DNA of 64,000 bases from a virus. Under the pieces are notes generated by a model. The model searched no databases and was not told the origin of the DNA. It saw only the letters and a program-made list of their open reading frames with translations. The stretch covers positions 1 to 64,000 of IMG/VR virus record IMGVR_UViG_3300034073_002480. One strand, written 5' to 3'. Made by a program: the position numbers and the translations under genes. Below, in pieces: positions 1 through 7,926 of this stretch. Position 1 is the first letter of the stretch. Every line of letters begins with the position of its first letter.

Positions 1-4
1 GTTA

Positions 5-181
5 AAAAAATTCCCCTACATAAAAATAAAAAACTACCTAGTAAAAATTTAAGTAGTTTATAAAAATTCTGATGTAATAGGTATATACACCAAAGACCAT
101 ATAAAAAATCCTACCGTAAAAAAAAAAATAAAAAAAATTCCCCTAAAAAATAAAAAATAAAAAAAATCCTGCCATAAAAAA
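5..181. repeat. Non-coding array of degenerate A-tract repeats (unit about AAAAAA(T)TCC(C)CT.C..TAAAAA)
   Basis: Units at about 5 (aaaaaattcccctacataaaaa), 103 (aaaaaatcctaccgtaaaaa), 130 (aaaaaaattcccctaaaaaa) and 158 (aaaaaaaatcctgccataaaaaa); no ORF. Confidence 0.7.
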
Positions 182-544
182 TACAACAGACCATAGAAAG
201 AAAGGGTAGTGTTATACCATGCAACCTACCTTTTTCTATGTTCGGCGGTTTTATATACCGTGATCTCTATAGCTGTTTTTAGCGTCTCTAGCTGTTATCT
301 ATCTTTGTATGTATGTTTCCCTATAAACACAACTAACTAAGCTTACAGCGCTATTTTTTAACGTCTGTATGCTGTTGTTTTTGTATGTATGTGTAAACCA
401 CATACAGCTAGTTAGCAAGGTTTACAGCTATTTGGTGAGGTGTTTTTACTTCACCAAAAAAAGATCCTAGCTTGTGACTAGGCTATATTTTGCGTTATAG
501 CGGGAGATATATGTTTTTAGGTATGTTTGTATAGATAGGCAATA

Positions 545-577
545 AAAAAAGCGCTTAGATTAAGTTCTAAGCGCTTA
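545..577 (-). terminator. Intrinsic terminator for leftward genes
   Basis: Minus strand reads AAGCGCTTAG-loop-CTAAGCGCTT followed by a T-run. Confidence 0.7.
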
Positions 578-599
578 TAGGTGAATTGTGCGATGATTG

Positions 600-782
600 T
601 TAATCATCTATTGGGAGAATACGATCATACCTTAATTCTGATTTATCATATTCCCATATCATGCTATTCATATTGATAATTTCAGAATAGCTAAACCAGT
701 TGAATTGTTGCGCCCAAAACATGAGCATTTTAATACAATCTATCTCAAATTGTGTAAGTGTGAATAGTGTTAATAATGGCAT
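600..782 (-). CDS. Small hypothetical protein
   Basis: 60-aa ORF lying between ORF 870-1697 and the terminator. Confidence 0.35.
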   Translation of the reverse strand: MPLLTLFTLTQFEIDCIKMLMFWAQQFNWFSYSEIINMNSMIWEYDKSELRYDRILPIDD

Positions 783-869
783 AGGTTAATAGTTAGGATA
801 GATTTACTGAAGGAAAAACATAGAAAGAAACAACCTAGGGATCATTCTTTCTATGTTGGTTAGTTGCTG

Positions 870-1697
870 TTATTGTGCTTTCTTACCCTTGCTAGGTGCT
901 ATACCAGTTATAAGCATACGCAAGTTAGCCAGTATAGTCGTTGCATTTTTGCTGCCGCCCAGATGAGTATCAAGTCTAGATGCAATACGAAGCAATGTAA
1001 GACCATTGCAGTCAGTCTTAACAGAATGAATAACCATACCCAATAACTCACGGTTTACAAAACCATACGCAGCAGTTGGATATTCATTCTTGACAGCGAT
1101 AATTGCATCAATACCTGCCGCAGTGTCAAGAGAGCAGATAGGATTTTTAGACACCAAGTCAACAGCGCTACCCTGCAATAACAGTTTAGGACTAGCTGTA
1201 AATGCTGCGCGATATACTGACAAAATCTTGATCCTGACATTTTCGGGTAACTCATGAAGATCTAACTCTTCGTTAGTTTCAAACATTGCAGGATCAAAAG
1301 ACTTCACAAAACTGATACAGCGCTGCAAATTCTGATACTTCCGCAAAATATCATTATGCGAAAGTTTAGCTGCAACTGCCTTGATCTCATCATTGTGAAT
1401 TTTACCTGACTGCTTGTACTCATTCATTGCTTCCTTAAATTGTTTCATACCTGCCGCAGTATCGGGATAAGCGTCTACATCAGGAGCATTAATGGGAGCA
1501 GGAAGATCAAAACTCGCAACAAAATCACATTTACGAAATAGATCTTGTGTGCCTGCAAGTTTACACTGATTATCCTTCGCAACAATAAACTGCTTCAAAT
1601 TTAGATCGGCAGGCATATCTGCAAGCAAACCATATACAGGAAGCGCGATCATAGAGTCAATAGCAGCAGATACATCAGAAAGATTAATAGAGTTCAT
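870..1697 (-). CDS. Hypothetical protein (275 aa)
   Basis: Long ORF with an AAGGA Shine-Dalgarno upstream; no motif recognised. Confidence 0.8.
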   Translation of the reverse strand: MNSINLSDVSAAIDSMIALPVYGLLADMPADLNLKQFIVAKDNQCKLAGTQDLFRKCDFVASFDLPAPINAPDVDAYPDTAAGMKQFKEAMNEYKQSGKIHNDEIKAVAAKLSHNDILRKYQNLQRCISFVKSFDPAMFETNEELDLHELPENVRIKILSVYRAAFTASPKLLLQGSAVDLVSKNPICSLDTAAGIDAIIAVKNEYPTAAYGFVNRELLGMVIHSVKTDCNGLTLLRIASRLDTHLGGSKNATTILANLRMLITGIAPSKGKKAQ

Positions 1698-2043
1698 TGA
1701 TTTTGTCCTTTAGGTAAATTTCGTTTTTGGCTTAGCCTATAGCTTTGCCACCTATAGAATAGCAAACTATGACTACCTTAAACCATCGCTTAACATTACT
1801 TATTATAAATACACAAAAGTTAACTCGGATTTATGCCATAAAATACACAGACGGATCTCTTGTGAGGATAGGTGAGTCTAAGTGAGTTTCGTATAAATTT
1901 CATGTGAGGCTATGCCCTATCGTGGACTGTAACATATAACCAACCACCAATAACTACAGCCTCGCACCTTATCTTTTATAAAAAAGCCAACATCTGTGTT
2001 TTCTATGTGATACTATAAAGATATACCCACAAACAATATAACT

Positions 2044-2211
2044 ATGTCAGATACAGGTAGACAAAAAAAGCTACCTTCACAGAAACATACCAATGTTATA
2101 AGAATAAACTTAAACACTGCTCAACTTACCAAACTAGACCGTATCTGTGCCTCCGAAGGGTTATCTTACACAGAGTACTTTAGATCTTTTTTAGCCAAAG
2201 ACAAACGATGA
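2044..2211 (+). CDS. Small ribbon-helix-helix-like DNA-binding protein (55 aa, not in the ORF track)
   Basis: MSDTGRQKKLPSQKHTNVIRINLNTAQLTKLDRICASEGLSYTEYFRSFLAKDKR shows a beta-strand then helix-helix pattern; ATGA overlap with terS. Confidence 0.65.
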   Translation: MSDTGRQKKLPSQKHTNVIRINLNTAQLTKLDRICASEGLSYTEYFRSFLAKDKR

Positions 2212-2924
2212 CACCAGACCCATTAAACGAAGAACTATCTGCTATACAGCAAGAAGCTGAAGACAATGATCTTATAGTTGACCTCAGCGACACAACATTA
2301 CCCGTGCCGCGCAAACAACGCCGCCAGATACCTTATGAACAGATTCGTGCGCGTTATATCATAGGCAAACGTGACCTACAAGAAGACGGTACAGTACGCA
2401 TAACCGACTACACACTGGCGGAACTTGCAGGGTTGTACAACGTGTATCTACCATCTTTGCAACTCCGTAGTGGTAAGGAAAAATGGTCACTCCAACGAGC
2501 CGCCTACAAAGCACGGTTACAAGAAAACGCTGAAAACACAGCCCTCAACATATATCTGCATGAAGGTGCTATCGCGGACACCCAAGCTATGATAGCCACC
2601 AACAAACTCAACAAGATATACAAGATGGCTTTGACCAAGTATGATTCTGTCATCGAAGCTTATGACTCGGACAGAGCTTTAGATGATGATGAGAAAATCG
2701 ACATACGCGAACTCAAAGACCTCCTTGCCATCGGCAAAGACTTACACACTCTATCACAACAAGTTGTTAAATCACGTACAGCCTTGGTGGAGCGCGATAT
2801 GGTCAAAGACCTACAACAGTATAAGAACCGTGCTTTGCCACAGAAGAAAGCTTTGGATACCAAACAAATCACAGACAAACTCGCACACTTACAAAACATA
2901 CTCGCACCAGCACAACCACATTAA
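2208..2924 (+). CDS. terS: Putative terminase small subunit
   Basis: N-terminal HTH-like segment (YEQIRARYIIG...TLAELAGLYNV...KEKWSLQR), helical body, position upstream of terL. Confidence 0.6.
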   Translation: MTPDPLNEELSAIQQEAEDNDLIVDLSDTTLPVPRKQRRQIPYEQIRARYIIGKRDLQEDGTVRITDYTLAELAGLYNVYLPSLQLRSGKEKWSLQRAAYKARLQENAENTALNIYLHEGAIADTQAMIATNKLNKIYKMALTKYDSVIEAYDSDRALDDDEKIDIRELKDLLAIGKDLHTLSQQVVKSRTALVERDMVKDLQQYKNRALPQKKALDTKQITDKLAHLQNILAPAQPH

Positions 2925-2934
2925 ATACATAGAA

Positions 2935-3720
2935 ATGACTGACAAAGCGCCAAGCAATGGGAAAATAATTGAAGTACAACCACGAGACTCATTACCTAGT
3001 TTTGAAGTCTTCGGCGTACAGTTTAATATACCCACATCATCACTCAACACAGTCCTACTTTTTCTTCTATGTGCGGTGAAAATCAAAGAGATACTAGAAT
3101 CTGGTACTAAAGGTTTGCAACTCGCACTGACAGCACTTGACCGTCTCGACATAACGATTATCGATGCTATGGACGACCTTGCTGTGGAAATCCGTGAAAT
3201 AACCAATGCTGACCGTGTTGTATTCTTTCTGTTACACAATGGTATAGCTAATCCTGTGTATCATTGGAAAAGACTGTCAGCCATGTCAGAGTCTGTTAGA
3301 ATCGGTGTAAAACCTATACTACGGGATATGCGTGACGTTCTTGTACCATCGATCCTCACAGAGAAAGACTACCAACTATACAAAGACTTACAGTGCCATA
3401 AGCAGTTTGTACATTTGCATCTTGAAAACCCTTTGCTGTCACGCAAGCACAAGAACTTCATGTTGGACACAGGTGTGTTCGGTCATTATGTACGTGTATT
3501 GGTCGATGAAGAAACCAACAAACCCTATGGAGCAGTATTAATCCAATACACAACACGAGAACAATGTGAAATCCATGACGGCACAGGATGGTCACAATAT
3601 ACTTATGACACCTTAGAAACAAAACTGGACATACTGTACAACCTATTTGCTAAACGTACTAATACACCAAGATTCCAGTTTATAGCTCGATGCAAAGAGT
3701 TCATGCGCTTTGGTCGTTAA
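2935..3720 (+). CDS. Membrane-anchored GAF-like protein, possible T4-T-type holin
   Basis: One hydrophobic segment (LNTVLLFLLCAV) then a GAF-like EIREITNADRVVFFLLHNG; start placed at ATG 2935, after the terS stop. Confidence 0.5.
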   Translation: MTDKAPSNGKIIEVQPRDSLPSFEVFGVQFNIPTSSLNTVLLFLLCAVKIKEILESGTKGLQLALTALDRLDITIIDAMDDLAVEIREITNADRVVFFLLHNGIANPVYHWKRLSAMSESVRIGVKPILRDMRDVLVPSILTEKDYQLYKDLQCHKQFVHLHLENPLLSRKHKNFMLDTGVFGHYVRVLVDEETNKPYGAVLIQYTTREQCEIHDGTGWSQYTYDTLETKLDILYNLFAKRTNTPRFQFIARCKEFMRFGR

Positions 3721-3755
3721 TAGCCACTTTCTTTCTATGGTCTTCATGTACAACT

Positions 3756-5402
3756 ATGGCAAACAATAATATCTCAGCAAGAGCTTTACAAGATTACGAA
3801 GCTTTGATGCAAGAACGTATCTATGAAGCTGCGGAGAAGTCCCTATATGTTTTTATCAAGGCTGCTTGGCAGTACATTAATGGTGAAGAACTTATTGATA
3901 ACTGGCACGTTGCTTGTTTAGCCGAACATATGCAGGAGTTTTTTAAAAAGAAAGACTGTGCATTAGGCAATCGGATGTTAATCAACATATGCCCTAGATC
4001 TGGCAAAACCATGAACACTACTGTGATGGGTACAGCATGGCAGTGGATACAAGATCCTAACTATCGTATTATACACACAACACACACAGAACGGCTCTAC
4101 GTAAGGAACATAGCCTCTATACGCCAGTTATTGTCATCCCCTTGGTACAAAGATAGATGGTGCAATCCTGCATTAACAAACCACTACAGATTCTCACTGT
4201 CACAATCACAAAACACAAAAACTTGGTTACAACTTGAACAAGGTGGTGAATTTTACGGTACATCTCCAGGTTCTAGTAACGTATACGGTGCTGGTGGTGA
4301 TTTACTCTCTATTGATGACCCTACAGATGGTTCGTCTGCACATCAACCTATTGTCCTCGAACGTGCTAATCGTTTTTACTCACAAACATTGAAAACTCGT
4401 CTTAACAACAAAAAGACTGGTAAAATCATGGTTGTGCAACAAAGACTAGCTCAGAACGATCTATCAGGTTGGATACTAGAGCATGAGCGTGAAGATTATT
4501 TCCACCTTAATATCCCGATGCTGTATGACTCTCGTAGAACATTTGTGTCACCTATTGGTTTCAATGACCATAGAAGAAAAGACGGTGAGTCATTAGACCC
4601 ATTGCGTTTCCCACCAGAGTTTATTGATACAGAAAAGAAGAATTTCAGTTATTTTCAAACTCAGTACCAACAAGATCCAGTACCTGAAGGTGGCAACTTA
4701 ATACAACTTGATTGGTTACAATATTACAATAGACACGACTTCGATTCCACTTTCTCTTCTACGGTATCTCAATGGCTTTCAGTCTGGGACTTATCATTCG
4801 ATGGTGGTACTGATAATGATTACACTGTAGGTTTGGTGTTAGCATATACAACTGACGGCAAATTTGTAGTGTATGACCTCTGGCGAGAAAAAGCAACATT
4901 CACTAGACAATTGCAAATGATGCGTGAACTGGTAAACAAACACCCTCAAGTATGCTTGCACCTAGTAGAGAACCTTGCTAACGGTACAGCGTTGATAAAT
5001 ACCCTACAACGTGAAATCAACGGTTTAACACCTATTCTCCCACGTACATACGGTCATTCCAAGTCTATGCGTTTACAGGCTTGTGTACCAGCTATCATGG
5101 AAGGTCGATTGTGGATACCACGTGACACCACCTATAGTGTGGATGTTGTCAAGGAACTTGTAGGCTTTCCTTTAGCAACTAATGATGACATTGTGGACTG
5201 TATTGCTTATGCTATTAATCATTGTTTAGTAACACAAGATATAGGTGTGACATACACAGGGTTGCACAAGATGGTAGACACACCTTTAAATGCTGAAGAA
5301 AAAGCCAGAGCATTATCTACCCTAGCTTATGATTATCAAAAAGAGCGTGTTGATGTATTAGGTTCCACTAGCAACAGTAATATCCGATCCATCTTCTATT
5401 GA
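3756..5402 (+). CDS. terL: Terminase large subunit
   Basis: Walker A (INICPRSGKT), Walker B (LLSIDDP), VVQQR coupling motif, YQQDP, RNase H-like nuclease (WDLS...DYTV...NDDIVD). Confidence 0.95.
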   Translation: MANNNISARALQDYEALMQERIYEAAEKSLYVFIKAAWQYINGEELIDNWHVACLAEHMQEFFKKKDCALGNRMLINICPRSGKTMNTTVMGTAWQWIQDPNYRIIHTTHTERLYVRNIASIRQLLSSPWYKDRWCNPALTNHYRFSLSQSQNTKTWLQLEQGGEFYGTSPGSSNVYGAGGDLLSIDDPTDGSSAHQPIVLERANRFYSQTLKTRLNNKKTGKIMVVQQRLAQNDLSGWILEHEREDYFHLNIPMLYDSRRTFVSPIGFNDHRRKDGESLDPLRFPPEFIDTEKKNFSYFQTQYQQDPVPEGGNLIQLDWLQYYNRHDFDSTFSSTVSQWLSVWDLSFDGGTDNDYTVGLVLAYTTDGKFVVYDLWREKATFTRQLQMMRELVNKHPQVCLHLVENLANGTALINTLQREINGLTPILPRTYGHSKSMRLQACVPAIMEGRLWIPRDTTYSVDVVKELVGFPLATNDDIVDCIAYAINHCLVTQDIGVTYTGLHKMVDTPLNAEEKARALSTLAYDYQKERVDVLGSTSNSNIRSIFY

Positions 5403-6119
5403 CCACCAATACTTCTGTTCAGCAGCAAGTCTAGCCTCCAATGCCTCCTCATAGGTTTCATACTGACCAAGGTAAATCCGCTCTTTATTATTATAAATTT
5501 CAGCATAGAACTTTCCTGATCGTCTTGTATGAACACCTTTGCCAGACATTTTGATGTGCATACTATTTGTAAAGTTTTTCACCATCTCTTCTGAGGCTTT
5601 CTTACCTCTACGAGTAGCACTCCTTTTTTCAATAGATTCTGGACTCTTCTTTACACCTTTACGGCTTTCGGACATTTTCTTTTTACTCTCCTCAGACATC
5701 TTTTGCCCCTTCCTTGAGAATTGTTTCATGTGTTCTCTGAACTGAGGATTAAGCCATTTTGCTCTAACACCTTGAGATATTCTCAACCTAATCTCGTCTG
5801 TTGTTTCAGTGTTATTGGCAACTTTTTTCATGTTATATACATTTTCTCTCCATTCTTCATCACTGATAGCATCAAACAATTCCTGTTCTTTACTTATTAA
5901 AAACTCCCTAGTCACTTCAGCAGTGAACTCTTCTAGAATCTCAAAAGTAAACACATTAAAGCCATATTTATTATAAGATGCTTGAAGATATAAATTCTTG
6001 TGTTCATTCCTCCTTAGCTTATTTTTGTGACTGTTCCATCTCTTTACTATATTCCTACTAGAACCAATATAGTACTTACCGTTGACAGTGTTGGTAATCT
6101 TGTACAAACCTATAGTCAT
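5358..6119 (-). CDS. Free-standing GIY-YIG homing endonuclease with NUMOD3 and AP2-like domains
   Basis: GLYKITN..NGKYYIGSS; NUMOD3-like KMSEESKKKMSE; C-terminal YLGQYETYEEALEARLAAE. Confidence 0.9.
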   Translation of the reverse strand: MTIGLYKITNTVNGKYYIGSSRNIVKRWNSHKNKLRRNEHKNLYLQASYNKYGFNVFTFEILEEFTAEVTREFLISKEQELFDAISDEEWRENVYNMKKVANNTETTDEIRLRISQGVRAKWLNPQFREHMKQFSRKGQKMSEESKKKMSESRKGVKKSPESIEKRSATRRGKKASEEMVKNFTNSMHIKMSGKGVHTRRSGKFYAEIYNNKERIYLGQYETYEEALEARLAAEQKYWWSIEDGSDITVASGT

Positions 6120-6256
6120 TACTTCTTACCTCCTTTTTGCAAGTTGTAGTGAGCCTTGAGTATATCACGTGCGACTTTACTAGGGACGCCATCTTGTTGC
6201 AAAGCTTCGAGCAAAGCTGTCGGTATACGTAATGCAAAAAAGTAATCGTTGTTCAT
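6119..6256 (-). CDS. Small (45 aa) RHH-like protein coupled to the endonuclease (not in the ORF track)
   Basis: MNNDYFFALRIPTALLEALQQDGVPSKVARDILKAHYNLQKGGKK; TAATG overlap, and its 3' end carries the GGAGG SD of the endonuclease. Confidence 0.55.
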   Translation of the reverse strand: MNNDYFFALRIPTALLEALQQDGVPSKVARDILKAHYNLQKGGKK

Positions 6257-6317
6257 GTTGGTTGTTTTTGTTTAACAATATTTATATTATAACATAGAAT
6301 ATCGAAACATAACCAAT

Positions 6318-6340
6318 AAAAAACCACCCTTTCGGATGGC
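6318..6340 (-). terminator. Intrinsic terminator after HU
   Basis: Minus strand GCCATCC-GAAA-GGGTGGT followed by a T-run. Confidence 0.75.
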
Positions 6341-6369
6341 ACAACAAACAAATAGGAGATAATCAGGAA

Positions 6370-6687
6370 CTATGCAGCTTCAACAACAGGTAATTGCTTT
6401 ACAGCTTTCTTTAAAGAAGGCACGGCGCGAAAGCGCACACGGTGAGTAGCAGGTACAGCAATAGCATCCCCAGTCTTGAGATTACGAGCAGTAGTTGCCT
6501 TGAAAAGCCGAGGTGTGAGTAATCCAACACCGTCGATACGAACCTCATCACCATTGCTAAGCTCATTAGCCATAACGTTGGAATAAGAACGTACAACAGC
6601 ATTGATTTTATCCAATGACATAGCAATTCCGAAATCAGCTTCAAGTGCTGCTTGTGTGGTACGGATAATCTGTTTCTTAGTAGACAT
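6370..6687 (-). CDS. hup: HU/IHF-family DNA-binding protein
   Basis: GDEVRIDGVG, ARNLKTGDAIAVPA, VRFRAVPSLKKAV. Confidence 0.9.
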   Translation of the reverse strand: MSTKKQIIRTTQAALEADFGIAMSLDKINAVVRSYSNVMANELSNGDEVRIDGVGLLTPRLFKATTARNLKTGDAIAVPATHRVRFRAVPSLKKAVKQLPVVEAA

Positions 6688-6800
6688 AGTTTTTTGTTTC
6701 TTTCTTTACGATATATCTACTATAGCATACCTTTTCTCTTCTATGGTTGTCAGAGACTATGCAGATAACTTATAGATAAGTGGATTTGATATAAGTTTTA

Positions 6801-7880
6801 CTAATCCTCAACTGGTTTAAACTTTTTGCTGGAAACCCTATCATAAGTACGGTAAGCTTTATTACGATCTTTAGCTGTTGCTTTAGGATTCATAAGTTGT
6901 TGTGATAAACCGTCCATAGCTAGATTACGTCTTGCTATATTAGCTTTACCAGCTTTGATGTTTGCTTTCTGTTGATCTGTCAGCTTTTTGAAAGACTCAG
7001 CACTTAAATCTGTTATTCTGGCGATAGGTGACTTTTCATTTAAAGAAGAATCTGGTTTAGGATTGAACGGTAGAAAACGTCTTGATTTAGTTGTATCGAG
7101 ATCTGATGGTTTAGTATTATCAAAACGAGTTGTGTTCAAGGCTTCATAATTACGAAAACCTTTCTTTTTGAGATCTTGTATATCTCTTGCTTTTTCAAGA
7201 GGTGCTATTCCAGTTCTGATACCTTGGATTTCTATAGCATTACCCTGTCTATTAATAGCAATTTTTTTAGCTTTCTCAGTAAACTTATCTTGAGCATCAC
7301 CAAGAGCTTTTATTGTTTTGTTGTAGCGTTTAGTGCCAGCTACTAGTTTGAGAGGTTTGTAGCCAAAATCTGATGAAGAATTGTAAGAATAAGCTGAACT
7401 TACATCTAAACCAGTCAGATCTAGTTTTCTCTTAGTTCTAGGCTTCTTAATGTTTGGTTCAACATCATTAGTACCTTTCTTATTGCGTAGTGGAGGTTTT
7501 ACAGAACCTAGCCTAGTCTTGTCAGTCGTTAAATACTTTCTTCCTGATCCTGGAGTTGTTTCACCACGTCTTGCAATCTGAATAGCATCAATATACTCTC
7601 TGTTAGGATATAAATCCTTAATATCCTGTTTATAAGAATCAATCCTCTCACGAACCATTTTAGTTGTACTAGGATCAAGTTCTTTACGCCAAAAACCGCT
7701 AGGGTTTAAAGCACGTTCCTGATCTCTGATACGAGACTCAAATAGTTTTCTTTTTTCGTCCAATTTAGGTGGTAATTTAACATCAGTTATTTTCTTACCT
7801 AAACCACCTAATAATTCTGCTTGTTTTGTACGTGTTAACATACGTCTGGCTGCATTGGAAAAATCTGCAAGTATATACAT
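6801..7880 (-). CDS. Lys/Arg-rich putative internal head (cargo) protein, two modules
   Basis: Likely start at MYILADF; internal linker SAYSYNSSSDF; very basic. Confidence 0.6.
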   Translation of the reverse strand: MYILADFSNAARRMLTRTKQAELLGGLGKKITDVKLPPKLDEKRKLFESRIRDQERALNPSGFWRKELDPSTTKMVRERIDSYKQDIKDLYPNREYIDAIQIARRGETTPGSGRKYLTTDKTRLGSVKPPLRNKKGTNDVEPNIKKPRTKRKLDLTGLDVSSAYSYNSSSDFGYKPLKLVAGTKRYNKTIKALGDAQDKFTEKAKKIAINRQGNAIEIQGIRTGIAPLEKARDIQDLKKKGFRNYEALNTTRFDNTKPSDLDTTKSRRFLPFNPKPDSSLNEKSPIARITDLSAESFKKLTDQQKANIKAGKANIARRNLAMDGLSQQLMNPKATAKDRNKAYRTYDRVSSKKFKPVED

Positions 7881-7926
7881 AGACCTTTTATTTTTATTAT
7901 AACCCGAAAACAACTATAATATAAGA

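Noticed and set aside
2683-2934. N-terminal extension of ORF 2683-3720 (likewise the extended starts at 3690, 13758, 38624 and 62878)
   Set aside because: The extensions overlap neighbouring genes or promoter-like sequence; downstream ATGs (2935, 3756, 13854, 38663, 62764) fit better.
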